This document shows, in pieces, positions 26,166-41,168 of a DNA stretch of 64,000 nt (its first letter is position 1; each line of letters starts with the position of its first letter). Below the pieces are notes generated by a model. That model made no database searches. It was given only the letters and a program-made list of their open reading frames with translations, and was not told the DNA's origin. This DNA is from Eledone cirrhosa (Eukaryota). The stretch lies in NCBI GenBank assembly GCA_964016885.1, contig OZ024741.1, forward strand, positions 316,510,001 to 316,574,000. The letters are read 5' to 3'. Position numbers and translations under genes: made by a program.

Positions 26166-27027
26166 CGTAAAATAAGAACATTTTTTAAAAAAGATTTTTA
26201 AAAAAATTAACTTACTTAAATTTTCACTCCAACTAATTAGTTTCTGCAATGGGATAAAGACAGTTACGTAATGAACTGTTGAGAATTTCATTGCGTCATC
26301 AGGGAGGTCATTCTCAGCCGAGTCTTCAGGCAATGCGCGGACACTGGGGGACTCATATAAAAATAATAATAATTCGGCAACTGGAACAGCTATCGAGGAC
26401 TGGATTCCGGCTACTGAAAATTCTCACTGCCACTGATCATATGGCCGATTCTAAAGAATCAATCACGTGACACAGAGGCTAGTCAGTAGGAATGGGATGG
26501 TAAGATGACAGACGCCTACTAACACCCCCCCAAAAAAATTAGAAGTGGTTTTGGCAGGTTTGCTTGACAAATCAGTGATTTGGAGATAAATATAGATAAT
26601 TTAATATATCTACTAACATAAGCGCACAGATGTACGCTAATGCCAGCAAATACACATGTTATGTCATAGTACCTAGGTGGTTCAATGCAGGAGAATGCAG
26701 AACAATAATATAAAAGACGTAAAATAAGAAAATTTTTTTAAAAAATGTTTAAAAAAATTAACTTACTTACTTAAATTTTCACTCCAACTAATTAGTTTCT
26801 GCAATGGGATAAAGACAGTTACGTAATGAACTGTTGAGAATTTCATTGCGTCATCAGGGAGGTCATTCTCAGCCGAGTCTTCAGGCAATGCGCGGACACT
26901 GGGGACTCATATAAAAATAATAATAATTCGGCAACTGGAACAGCTATCGAGGACTGGATTCCGGCTACTGAAAATTCTCACTGCCACTGATCATATGGCC
27001 GATTCTAAAGAATCAATCACGTGACAC
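26161..27027. mobile_element. Partial tandem element (two ~312-bp direct repeats around a ~240-bp spacer) within (TA)n
   Basis: 26161-26472 is near-identical to about 26713-27027; TA arrays on both sides. Confidence 0.75.
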
Positions 27028-27048
27028 AATATATATATATACACGCAT

Positions 27049-27080
<32 letters not shown>

Positions 27081-27423
27081 TATATGCGTATGCGTGTATG
27101 TATACATCTCATCTATAAATATATAAGTGTATAAATGTATTATGCAATTACACATACATTCATACAAACACATATACATACGTAGACACATACCCATACA
27201 TACACACATACCATTCAGTACACACATAGATGTTTACATACATCTTAACATGCTGGATTATGCAATTAAAAATTATGTTAATCTCAAAGGATCATTAGTG
27301 CAAATTGGATTATTGTCATATAGATTATCGATTCTACGTCGGGATATCCCTCCTCACACACACACACATATATATACGCATATATATACGCATATAAATA
27401 TATATATACGCATATATATACGC

Positions 27424-27471
<48 letters not shown>

Positions 27472-28727
27472 GATCGCTCACACTTATAATATTCACATGA
27501 AAACACGCACATACTTTTACCCATACTCAGTGATATACACACATAATCTCTCTCTCTCTCTCATACACACACTCTCACACACGCACACTCACACGTACTC
27601 ACACACACACACACGCACACTCATACATACTTACACACATACACAAACATACTTAGTCTAATTTTCAGACCGAATCAACGCTACGACATATTGTGGAACA
27701 AAACTGGTTCTTTGAATCACAGGTACTTCCATATTTGATTATAGTGTAAGTGACTGAGTATTCTACAGACACGTGTACTTTTCACATAATCTCAGACAGA
27801 TTCAGTGGGACATACTGAATGAAAGGAAATCAACAATTAAATAAAGCTAATAGTTCACACATATTGAACTGGACTCCTACTAGATTTCTTGGGTATTTTA
27901 ATGAAAGGGATTCCAGTCCTGTCATAGTGTTGTTGTTACAGTTCATTCTCAAATATGTTTAACTGCACTCCTACATAGTTTCTGGGTTTTTTTATGATAG
28001 GGGTTCCAGTCCTATCATGAACAATATGTAAAATGAATGTCTTGTTCAAGAACATAATGTACTCCTCGGTTTAATAATTAAAGCTAAATCTTAAAGATTG
28101 TACGTCCGACACCCTAATAGCTAGGTCGCGTGTTATCATTTCTGTGAAAGGGCTGGTCTTTTAAACTTCAGCTACTATCCATTTGGCCGGCCGTCAACAA
28201 TTTTCCGTTACGTAGTGTGTCGCACATAAAGCTTGGTTTCGAACAAAAGTCTATGGGAAATCAAATTAACATAAATATGAGGAAATATAGACAGTTAAAC
28301 TGAACAGATCAATAGATCACCACTAAATCAGTGATTCGATCTCCTGTTAAAATACTCCACTCCCACAATCTTATATACACATAAACTACCTCACAATAAT
28401 ATCAAATACAGCGATAACAATAAGAATAACAACAACACGCCGTCTCAGACAAGAACCACAACAACAATATCTCTGCAACCTTTATCAACAAGAGATTTAA
28501 CCAATGTTTCCATTGGTCTTTCCAATTACTAATACTATCTACCGGTCGCAAGTCCCTGAAGAAGGATCAACATGAAATAAAGTGTCTTGCTCAAGAATAA
28601 AACGCATCACCAATAAATCGAACTCACAACCTCACGATTGCGAATCAAACTATCTAAACACTCAGCCACGCACCCTCTCTCACATAGACACACACACACA
28701 CACACGTGTGTGTGTGTGTGTGGATAT

Positions 28728-31482
28728 TAGAGTGTGCCATAAAAAGCAAGGTCACAATACTAACGCTCCCTGTGTATTTTCCCATTATAAATGCCCCAAT
28801 TGATAAAATAAAACATATTTTGTATAAAATAAATTATTTTGAGCTTTGCCTATATCATGGTGATTATAGTGGAAAGTGTAATTATGTTGCATGAAATCAT
28901 GAAAATGTGAAACCAAATATGACCATACAATAATTGTTTATTTTATTAATCCATTATATTTAGTAAACCAGCTTTAAATATAAAGGCGTACAAGGAAGAA
29001 ACAAGTTCAGTTAAGTTAATTCCAGTCATATTTTTTTCAGAGTTTCTTTTTTGAAATCCGGGACCTGCGACGATGAGCTTCGACTACTTGAAGAACACAC
29101 TGCTTCTCCTCCTCATTCTTGGTGATGGCAACAAAATCAGTTATCAACTTGACTGCTCTCTCCGCCAGATCGTTGACTACCTTGACAGGCATTTTGATAT
29201 GACGCTTGTGATGACCAAGATGCAGGTGACAGCTCAAGCCAAGTATCGTCGAGACCAAGGAGATCGAACAGAAGCCTTGATTTCTTCCCAACTAGATGAG
29301 GTAGCTTCGTGGACGACTTCAACTCGAGAAAAACTGGAGCACCACGGTCGAGAGACCCAGACGTTTTCGTTTTGACAAGGCGTTGGGCTATTTGTTTCTT
29401 CTCGGACCCTTGGACCCGACTTGAAAACAGCGCTAGCAGAATGGCTTCCTCCGTCAGGTACCAAAGATGCCTGCTCAGAGCAGTAGTGGCTGCCTGCGAG
29501 AGATCTCTGTCAACCTTACTGTACTGTGTCAACTCCACGTAGAATTGAAGGTCATTGGATGGTGCATCAGCACACTTGACTGTTGTCAGCCAGTATCGCA
29601 CGTAGAACAGAGCATTGAACATACAGATCCGGCGCAACTTTTCCATTTTAGCTTGATCGTAATTGAGTCACTCACCAAATGCATATATCTTTGCACTATA
29701 GATGATTGTGGACATCCACCGAGCGTTATGATGTGCACTAGGCAGCATCCAATGAATTCCACGAGGAGGGGTGATACCAATCAAGATCAACATCAACTCG
29801 GCACATTCTTGGTAGTCGTCCCGTGGAAGAGAACTCATTTTCCCATCGTCGGATGTCAGCAAATCTTGGAGGAACTTGATGTTCTCAGAACACAGATGCT
29901 TGAGTCTCCGGTCGACAATGTTCAATGTTTTAAAGTTGGTCTTGTCTGTGAGCGACATCCAATATTTTTTGAACTCCTTGAACTCTGGGGTGTCTGGACT
30001 GGACATTGCTTCGAATAGTTGTTGCCACACTGCACACAAGATACGCTCCATGACATGGTGCCGACAAGCAAAATAAAACACCTTTTTGTTGAGCATCTCT
30101 TCTAGTTTCACTCAGGCACCATTTTTTCATCCAGAATTCGAAGCAGTTGTGTCGAAGACCAAGCCCACCACAGACCCATCAACATTCCAATCTTTAACAA
30201 GAGCAAATGATGCTTTGGCTTGGGTGGTTCCAGTGCCATCAGGAATTATGGGAACACCGAGGAGTTTACCTTCTCTGAAGTCCGGAGTTTCAGCAACTAG
30301 CATACCTAGCCTCTCGTGGTCACCAGGAATTATTTTTTCCATCCCAATGCAAGGTAACAAAGTCTGGTACAGCAAATTGTTCCTTTATGTGTTCAGCCCC
30401 CACAGTTCTGATCTTCTTAGCTGCACGTCTGCTACTGTTCTTGGAGAGAGTTGTGGCGTCTATGTCAGTCCCACCCTCAGAAATAATCGATGCCATAAAT
30501 GCTGTTCTCTGGTCCAGTGTCAGGTTTAAACGATCAGCCATTAGAGAAATTTTTGGACTTTGAAATGGATTCTTTGGGAGTTCCAGCTGGATTTTTCGCT
30601 TCTTGTCTGACTTTGAGCTGACTCTGGGTGGGTTTGAGGCCTGAAATTCAGGATCCTGTCCATCTTCAGTTTCATCATTGGTTTAACTTGAATCACTCAA
30701 TTCATTACGTGGAAGTTGTGCTGCTACAGATCCTGACAAACGCTTTATATGGTTCTCTGATTCTCGACGAGCCACAGAAACTTGATCACGCTTAAACTTT
30801 GAAGATACCTTTTTCTGGTAACCCTTGTCTTCAGCACCCAAAGATACTTTTATCTGGCAACGCAGGGCTTCGAGAAATGTAGCATCTTCATTTTCTGTTC
30901 ATTATTACGAAGACGGTCTTTCAAAATTTTCTTTTCAGCATTAGTATGTGCAATGTAGAAATACGAAACCAATTCTGAAATAAATAGTGCTTCCTTTTCT
31001 TTGTTTGACTTAGAACCTTTGTTTTTTTGTAAATTTCTGTATTCACTGTACATGTTCATAATTTTCAGTTTCACTTTGTCTTTTCGTCGAGTCGCTACAC
31101 CAGCTTTTTCCCACTGACTAACTACTTCCATCACAAGCCTATCCGCAATAGCACCATTGAAGCTCACATGCTTTTCGTGTTTCATAGGACCATCTTTCAA
31201 GTAGAAGAAATATCTTAGAACATCCCCCTTTGTTGGTACTTTGTTTGGTGAAAAAGATGTAACATATTTCCACAGGAGCCATATTTCTCGATCATCACAA
31301 GGAGGCGAGTAGCTACAACTAGGCCCACTGGTTTCCGTCATTATTCTACCAATTTGCAACTATTAGTCTGAAATAATCAAAATTACATTATAAATTGATA
31401 ATATACAAAATGGCATGAGAAAATGCATAGGGAACTAAGAAAAAACACTTTTGTGTAAAATGTGGGATTCTGGAACACTCTA
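28728..31482 (-). mobile_element. hAT-superfamily DNA transposon (hATm-like termini), 2755 bp
   Basis: TIRs TAGAGTGTGCCA / TGGAACACTCTA; perfect 8-bp TSD GTGGATAT at 28720-28727 and 31483-31490. Confidence 0.9.
29037..31341 (-). pseudogene. hAT-type DDE transposase, multiple frameshifts and stops
   Basis: LHWDGK, VFDTTASNSG, ACRHH (CxxH), HNARWM, HLWYL and VVNDLAERAVKL across six or more ORF pieces. Confidence 0.88.
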
Positions 31483-31568
31483 GTGGATATATATATATAG
31501 ATAGATAGATTTGTGAGTGTGTGTATGTATATGTATATATATGCATTATATATATATGTATACAGAGA

Positions 31569-31620
<52 letters not shown>

Positions 31621-32084
31621 GTTTATTCGTTTATAAGCTGCTGCTATGCTGGGGTACCGCCTACAAGGGTACACATATCGACCCTCTCCGGTAATGTCTT
31701 CAGTCTGGTGTTTATGTTATCGATCTCTTGTATTTGAACTGTAAATTTACGAGATATAAACAGACACAACACACATCTTTACTGACTTCAATCATAAGAT
31801 TGCGACCATGCTGCGGTGCCACCTTGATTTAGTCGATCATATCGACATTAGTAATTAAATTGTTCATGCCTGGTACTTATTTTGTCGATCTCTTTTGTCG
31901 AATCGCTATTAATGGGCTAAGACAGTAATAGCTAAAGATTAGTCTTACGTGGGACAAGACAGAGAGAGTTGCTAAAAACTGGTCTTACAGGGGTGAGGTA
32001 GAGAGACTGTAAACAAAAGAAAAATATATAAATGTCATAGAAAAGTGAATGTATTTATACAGTTGTAATCTAAAGTTTTTTTTT

Positions 32085-32880
32085 ACCGCAAACTGTTGAT
32101 GATGACATGGCAAGAGGTCGCCGACGAAAGGAAAGTAGGCAGGGCCAGTAGGATATGAGACCGAAGCCACTATATTTGACGGGTAAAGTGGCCTGCTGCC
32201 ATCTGGTGTCATCAAATCGGATGCTGCAAATCTCAGCAGCCCGTCGGGTGCAGAAGTCAAGATCTATGAAGAGAGATGCTTGGCTGTAGAAGGTGTATAA
32301 GAGCTTCGATATGGTAATATAGTTCTTCAACAGAAAGAGTGCTGGCTGGGCGTCAATCAGACTCAGTCTACTAGTCATGGATTCTAGCTGACGTAGTCTG
32401 AACCTGAAGATAGATCGAATAGCAAGCAGGAGGATCGATGACCCTTAAGAGTCACTTACATCTGATGGAGTGATGATCGTACGTCTGAGATGAAGGCCGC
32501 GAAGCCTTCTGCGTCGTAATTGACGTTCACGACCTTCGACTTTGATGAGTTGATCTCGAGGCTAATCCTAGCCAGAGCGGGAACAACTGATTGGAGGTCC
32601 TGACAGTTGCTCTCTGCGGGCCCACTTATCATAGCATCGTCCAAGTACCAAACGTTGACAGGAACGGTAATGCTCCGTGCAACGCTGTCCACCCCAAGAG
32701 TGAAGAAGGGGGGGGGGGGCGCTCTAATGGATCGCCTTGCTGGACGCCGGTTGAGAATGGTATTGATAGGCTGGCCAGTGGGTAGGCGGATGAGGCACGG
32801 CTGAGGCAAGCCGCAAGCATGTGGTCGCGGCGCAGACAGTTGAAGGTGAAGCTTGACGATAAGATGCTTGGAATCATTCG
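32085..32880 (-). pseudogene. CRE-clade non-LTR reverse transcriptase fragment
   Basis: GVQQGDPL, VWYLDD, LEINSSKS and RWQQATLPVKYSGFG motifs, frameshifted. Confidence 0.75.
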
Positions 32881-33628
32881 ACACCGGCTCGGGAACTACA
32901 GTTTTTAATTATCTGTCTAGCGGAGTGGCTCCCTCGCACCCACTAGCCATGCCGACCCCCTGCTGCACCGGCTGAGTTCCTCGCCTAGCTCTAGAGATGT
33001 TGTTAAAGACTGGTTTTACATGGGACAAGGTAGTGATAGTTGCTAGAGATTGATCTTACCTTGTGTAAAGTACCAAGCGTTGTTAAAGACTCAGGGGTGT
33101 CCCCGCCAATAATTATATTTTCCCCAAAACTACAACAACAAAAAAAAAACATCTATTTATATTTGCGCTTCAATTTATGTACATGTTATATTTATCGTAT
33201 ATCGAAGTTTTTTTTTTATACCCTGGTTGATATTTGATAACAGCTAAACTAATCACTATAACTAAATGGACCAAATTTGGCCCCCTCAATTCAGTAATAC
33301 TTCCACCGTCCCTGAGACTGGTCTTATATTGTGTAAGGTAGCAAGTGTTGTTAAAGTCTAGTCTTACTTCCCACTCAGGAAGGTTAATAACATGTGTGTG
33401 TTCAGCCATATTTACACATATACACACATATGTTATCTCTTTCTCTTAATTTCGAGTATATTTTTTTGACCGGTCACCTTCCTGGTGGCAATGTTGTAAA
33501 AGAAAAGAAATTGTCATCCCTAGAATCGCAAGAATGTTTTGCAAATTTTGAAGGTGCCAGCTATCGCAACCATTTGTAGACTATGAATTAGGCAGCTGCG
33601 CTCTTTGTCCGCAAATCCAAGTTCAGTC

Positions 33629-33659
<31 letters not shown>

Positions 33660-34295
33660 TGTATGTATGTATGTATGTATAAACGTACATCTACTCTGCC
33701 TACACTCATGTCAAATTTAGGCATCATTCTCTCACAAGTTTCTCTGTCTTTCAACTCCACCTATTACTCTGTCTAAATTTTAATTTAACTATGCCTCATG
33801 TATACATGTATGTAGGAATGTATGTATGTATGCATGTATGTATGTATGTGTATATACATGGGTGCATGTGTATGTACATGCGCGGGGACATAGAAATAAT
33901 CGGGCTGGACACCCGATCGCGCGGTTAAACCACTGGGAGTGAAGGACCCCTAGCCTTTGTCAGGGCATTCTTCTAGGAGAAGGCAACCCAGGAAACTGGG
34001 ATAACTCCAATATAAAACCTGCGGCTCAGTAGTTACCGATGATGTTGATATTTTCTTCTTTTCGGGTTATAGCTATTGTCGCTCAGAGAGTGGGATTGGC
34101 TCAGTGCACAGTCTTTCCTCATTTAAAAAAATATCTTCATGCACAGGCATTACACGATAGAATTAATTAATAATTATTAATAATGGTATATAGTGCAATG
34201 GCCATACTCGATAACGAGGGGGCAGCCATCATGTATGTATGTAGGAATGTATGTACGCATTCATACAAACACACACACACACATATGTATATGTA

Positions 34296-34349
<54 letters not shown>

Positions 34350-36041
34350 CACACACATATATGTATACACACACATAAGTAGATATATATAGATATGTGT
34401 GTGTGTGTGTGTGTGTGTGTGGTTGTATGAATGCGTCTCAAACTTTCTACGATCCTTCTATCGGCAATCTACTCCACCACAACGCATATCTTAAAATGGC
34501 GGCCGCTGGAAACGAAGATTGGGGTTGATGACCTTATACATATCTGAGTCAGCTTGACTTGACCTTCCACTTCAGCTGCTACTCTAACCCCCTCCTCTTT
34601 TTACTCTACTACTCCTCCTCATTCTCATCCTCCCCCACTCTCTCCCTCCCTCTGCTATCAACTTCTGTGTTGATTTATCTTCCACTCACACACTTATTCT
34701 TACTTTATATCGGTCTCAGCGGAGTCGAACTCGGTCGGTCGCTTGGTCGACGTCCGAGCAACTTCTTTCTTCTTCTTCTTCTTCTTCTTCTTCTTCTTCT
34801 TCTTCTTCTTCTTCTTCTTCACGGTCGTCGTCGTCACCGTCATCGTCGTCACCAACATCATTATCATCAACATCATCATCAACATCATCAACATTACCAT
34901 CACCATCGTCACCCACCTCAGTTACATGTTACGCGGTTTCTTTGTGTGGAAATATTTTCTTTTTAGCCGCCGCCGCCACCACCACCACCAACAACAACAA
35001 CAACGACGACAACAACAACAACCGCTACCAACTCCTCCAACCACAAGATAAAAACAAAACGGTAGGGAGTGATTTTTGAGGGTAGATCGAGTTATCCCTC
35101 TCAAGCTCGTAAATTAATAAGCTGTTGTAGTTGTGACTGATGTTGTCATTATTGTTGTTGGAGTCATTGTTGCTATTGTGGATGTTTATGATGTAGTTGT
35201 TGACGTGGTCGTTGTTGTTGTTGTTGTTTGGCACGAGGTCAGACTGAGAGGCCCAAGTAGAAGGGATCCTCCCCCTCTAAAATGTCTCATAAATTAGGCA
35301 CGTAGACATCTTTCACGATTCGTGTCTAATTGATAGGTTGACCTTCTAACACGCCCCCCCCCCCCTCTCCCCCATCCACTGCACTGCTACCTCTATTAAC
35401 ACCACCAACATCGCTACCACCAAACTACTACAACACCAACAACACCACGATTACGAACACCACTAACAACAACAACATTGCCAACATCTTCACCATGACC
35501 ACCACCACCACCAACAACAACACCGCCGCCGCCATTGCCACAACCACTAAACAACAGCAGCAACGCCGCCTCGACACCACCACCAACAACAACAACACCA
35601 CCACCATTGCCACAACCACCAAACAACAACAGCCACGCCACCCCGACACCAGCAACAACAAACACCAACTGCATCACTTTGTGTACATTCACGCATACCA
35701 CCACATGGACACTCAGCACTTTACAGTATATGTGTATATACAGAGTACGTGGTTATGGAGTTTTCAGCTCACGATCGTAAGGTCGAAAGTTCGATTCCCG
35801 GTGTGTTGTATCCTTGAGCAACACACTTTATTTTTTACGTTGCTCCAGCTCCAAATATGGGCTGAACCTGTTAGTCAAGGGATCTATTTTGCGTAACGTT
35901 GAATTCCCACTTCTAGCGGGTACTAACTTAAGGATACATGTGTCTGTCGAATGATCTGCCAATTGCACGTAAATTTCATGAAGAGGCTGTCCTGTTGATC
36001 GAATCAATTAGAGCATCCTTTGTCGCAAATTACTGAAGTCC

Positions 36042-36229
<188 letters not shown>

Positions 36230-37403
36230 TAGAATCACACATTGTGTATATGGTGGGTGGGTGTGAAAATATTTTAATTAGATTTGATTATCCTTGCAAT
36301 TTTATGACTTAAACTTTCTTTAGGGGTGTTTAGGTAATCAGAAGCAAACAATGGAGGGAACTACCCATAGCATGAGCTGATCCAAGTCTATAAGTCAACT
36401 TGCTGGAATCAATGGACATCTTATTAGATCTCCTCAGCGAATCATATTTACTCAACAAGTTGGATAGACTACAACGGCCAAATATAGATAGATATAGTAT
36501 AGAGGAATATATATATAAACATCTAAACAAATCATCACCGCAACCAGCACCGTCACCACCGTCACCACCACAACCACCACCAACCACCAACACCACCACA
36601 AACACAACCACAACCAACACTATCCCTACACAGATACCACCTCAACCGCCAGCCAGTCGCTATCATTACCTCAAACACTACCAACACCACTTTAACCCCC
36701 ACCATTATCATCACCACCACAACCGCCACCGCCACCACAACCACCACCACTACAACCACAACCAGCACTATCTCTACACAGATGCCTGTCACCAGCCAAT
36801 CGCCACCATTACCTCAAACACTACCACCACCGCCGCCGCCACCACTTCGACCTCCACCATCACCACCACCACCACCACCACCAACATCAGATCTAACAGT
36901 AACATTTGGTTAATAGGAGCTTGACTCGCCTTATCTATTCATGCGAAATAAATGGCGGTGCGCAATAATCTTGTGCACGTGACTTTTGTGAGTGGAGGGC
37001 GACAGATAATGAGAGAACAGTGTATGTGTGTGTGTGTGTGTTTGTATGTATATATAATGACTCTTTTTACCTGTTCTAGATATACCTGCGTGAGTATATA
37101 TATAGACTAACTATCGACTATTTTGCGCCCCTCCTTCCTTCTTTTTAGAGAAGCAATATTCCCTCCATGTATATATACACGCACACACACACACACACAC
37201 ACATACATACACATACATACACACACACATGCACATACACACACACACACACATGCACATATACATGCACATACGCGCACACACACATACATGCACACAT
37301 ACACACACACACACACATACACACACATACACGCACACATACATACACACATACGCACACACATATACTCATATATATATATATACATACGTACACACAC
37401 ATA

Positions 37404-37445
<42 letters not shown>

Positions 37446-37961
37446 CGTACACACATATATGCATTTATTTATACGCGTTCCTGCACACCCACCCACATAC
37501 ACACACACACGGCGTATATGTAAATCTGGTTTCGAACAATACATACAAAAGTCCAGATCAATCCTATTATATTCAATATTTTCTCTCAGAGTTTTTAAGG
37601 TAATATTTATGTCTACACGTTTAATAGTTACCAACGAAGAGAGCCTCGGGGGGGGGGGGGGGGGCTCAGCGTCACTGATTTTGCCGCTAAAGGAAAAATA
37701 GTGATCAAATCCCCCTCAAATTATATCCTTCATATCATTATCATCATCGTCGTCATCATCATCATCATCATCGTCATCATCACAATCATCGTCATCGTCG
37801 TCGTCATCGTCACCGTCGTCATCATCATCGTCATCATCATTGTCATCATCATCATCGTTTGACGGTAGTAACAGACGGCCACAATCCTCCACTAACCATT
37901 GTCGTATTCATAATTAGTTGTGGTGTTCCGTGGCCGGCTGATTAGCCTCGTACGGTCATAT

Positions 37962-37993
<32 letters not shown>

Positions 37994-38269
37994 TCATCAC
38001 AATTATTACCATCATCAACATCATGGCCACGCCATCATCATCATCATCATCATCATCATCATAAACGCTCGACTGCACTATCTGCCGGCCACAATCCTCC
38101 TGCACCCACTGCAACTTTTATAATCAGTAGTGGTTTCGTGGTCAAATAATTAGCCCTGGCGCCATCAATGACATTTGGAATCCTAAACGTCTGTTCCCTT
38201 CAATTTACCCACCAAACTACGAAGCATAAAATCTCCAACACCCCTATTAAAACTTTATTATAATATAAT

Positions 38270-38457
38270 TGTTTCTACTTTTGGCACAAGGCCAGCAATT
38301 ATCCCAGTGTATTACTGGTACTTTATTTTATTCACCCCATAAGGATGCAAGGCAAAGTTAACCTCGGCGGGATTTGAACTCAGACCATAAAGGGCCGTAA
38401 CTCTTTGCTGCAAAGCATGGCGTCCGACCCTCTACCGATACTGCCAATCCACCGCCC
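38270..38457 (-). mobile_element. SINE family 1, full length with TSD
   Basis: A/B boxes TGGCAGTATCGG / GTTCAAAT; TSD tttattataatataat at 38254-38269 and 38458-38473. Confidence 0.88.
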
Positions 38458-39078
38458 TTTATTATAATATAATGTTACATCAGTGGCATGGTTTAACCAC
38501 TAATGGACATTTATATATAGTATGGGCAGCCGACATCTATTTCAGGCTCGCTGGTGGCTGATGAGACACACGCAATTCAGGCCAGTAAATATAGAAGTGT
38601 AGGAGATTCTATAGTATGGTACGGTTCCATAACTCCCGATGGAATCGTAGGGACGCTGTATTGGCATATGGCATTTATTTCTAGGGCAATGTTTTAACAT
38701 GGCAGAACCCAACTCCTCTCCAGGCCTGAGTACAGCAGATTTCTTCCAGAAAAGGATAGAAAGAATGGAAGTAACAAAGAGAAATAGAGGAAGAATCGAC
38801 CACCAGTAATAGACTGGTCCTTTTGTAATCGACCTGGAACGGATGAAAGACACAGTTGACCTCGGCGGGATTTGAACTCAGAGAGCTGAGAACCGGAACA
38901 GATACCGGAAAGCATTCTTTCCGACCTTCTAATGACTCTGCCAATTCGCTGCCTAGAAGATTCTATATGTCGGTTAAAAAATATGTATATATATGCAGTA
39001 TGAATTTTGACAGATAACCGAAGGAGAACCGTGTCGGTTTATAGACTGATACAAAACACAAAGAGAAACTCTCAGAGA

Positions 39079-39230
<152 letters not shown>

Positions 39231-39293
39231 TCTCTGAGAGTTTCTCTTTATATATATATATATATGGGTACATTTTTAAACAAAGGAGAGAAA

Positions 39294-39324
<31 letters not shown>

Positions 39325-39328
<4 letters not shown>

Positions 39329-39823
39329 ATAATAATGCTTTCTTTATTAACCACAAGGGTTGACACAAAGTAGACATTAAGGACAGTACAGGACAATACA
39401 AGACGGTACAAATAATAATAATAATAATGAAAATGTTGTGTACAGTGCTCAGGTGCACTAGAACTCATCAAAAGTGTATGTATAGTACATAGGGTAATGT
39501 ACAAACGTCAAGAAAATGAACAGTGCATGAGTCATGATATACACATGTGTGCATGTGTATGGAAGAGGTACATCAGGTGTAGTTTTGGCGAATTTCGGAA
39601 AGCGTGAGGGTTTTAAAGGATGCAGTGTCTCGGCAGCTAACAACTGACGCAGGCAGTTTGTTCCATGCTTCAGCAACTCTAAGCGTGAAAAAATGTTTCC
39701 GAAAGTCATGGGAGCTGTGCTGCTTTCTGACTTTGTAGACACATGGAGATCAAATAGGTGCTCAGGGTTGTTGTTGGCGAGATGGTTAATAACTTTGTGG
39801 GTGTTTACCAAGTCCATTGCCAT
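39325..39823 (-). mobile_element. CR1/L2-type LINE 3' end with (ATT)n tail
   Basis: Minus-strand translation HDFRKHFFTLRVAEAWNKLPASVV; DLVNTHKVINH. Confidence 0.75.
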
Positions 39824-40132
39824 ATATTATTCAAAATGTTAATAAATGAAAAATATTCTCATAATCAAAATATATATTTTATTATACATATTTCAAAGCT
39901 ACAATGTTGTTTAAGTACGTTTTCATCAGACAAAATATAAGTTTTAATATGTGACATACCGCTACGGTTTTGATTATTCAATTCCAGTATATGTTTTGAT
40001 TATGAGAATATTTTTAATTTATTACCATTTTGAATAATATTGAATACTCCAGGAAAATATATTGTCGAGTGCTTCTAATCTATTGTAAAATTGTATTTGT
40101 TGATTAATCAACGAACCATATTAATCTTTGGT

Positions 40133-40164
<32 letters not shown>

Positions 40165-40175
40165 TAGATAGATAT

Positions 40176-40365
40176 GAACGAGTAGGACCCCGACGGCTGA
40201 GCTCAAGCCGTTTCGACGGCTAATTCTGGACCACAATTAGCCGTCGAAACGGCTTGAGCTCAGCCGTCGGGGTCCTACTCGTTCCTCTTGCCCACTCTAC
40301 TACCCTAAGTATTGAATACTTTGGTGCGTTATGATCCATCTGGTTCCTTACCACATTTCCTTCGT
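40176..40365 (+). mobile_element. Fold-back copy of the 12771 family: perfect 50-bp arms, 9-nt spacer
   Basis: 40176-40225 / 40235-40284; right arm continues to ...ttccttcgt-(TA)n. Confidence 0.88.
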
Positions 40366-40684
40366 TATATATATAGATATATAGATATATGTATGTATGA
40401 TATGTATGTATGTATGTATATTCACTTCATTAAGACTAAAAGTGGGTTCTGTTACTTTGTAATAAGCAGGCGAAACTACAGAGTACAAGACTCACTATTT
40501 AGCCATAAGAAAATGAATACTGAAACTCTACTTCGGTATTGAGTAAACTAGAAATAGGCATATTCATATGACCCGCGTTTGTTACCATACTGAGCAATAA
40601 GGGAACAGACCATGGATAATTTAAATTGATAAATTTAATATACATACATATATAGATACATACATACATACATACATACATACA

Positions 40685-40717
<33 letters not shown>

Positions 40718-41111
40718 GTATGTATGTATATATACAGAGAGAGGGGGGGGGGACAAAAGAACGTGTGTGTGCACGGACGAACGCGCACCTGGCTTTGTAT
40801 TATAGTTAAAAACGTAGGAGAATGGAAGGGGACGAAAATGGAGAAAGAGTGAGAGGGAGAGAGAGGAGAGCATTATATGTGTGTGCGTATCTCCACATAG
40901 GTTAAGTAAGTGGCACGCGACTGCTTTGCGTATCTCTATCCCACGATTTAATTTACATTTATATAGATGTGTGCGTATATATGTATATATGTATGTATAT
41001 ATGTAGCTATATATGTATATATATATGTATGTATATATGTTTGTATATATGTATGAATGTAGGAATGTATATATGTATGTATGAATGTATGAATGTATAT
41101 ATGTATGTATG

Positions 41112-41168
<57 letters not shown>

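Noticed and set aside
28728-31482. Sola2 assignment from GAG...CTC termini
   Set aside because: No 4-bp TSD; extending the termini to TAGAG gives a perfect 8-bp TSD, and the protein has hAT CxxH/RW motifs.
40420-40490. Further degenerate hammerheads (also near 1770, 8200, 13565, 18335, 43790)
   Set aside because: Only partial core matches; indistinguishable from chance in AT-rich DNA without alignments.
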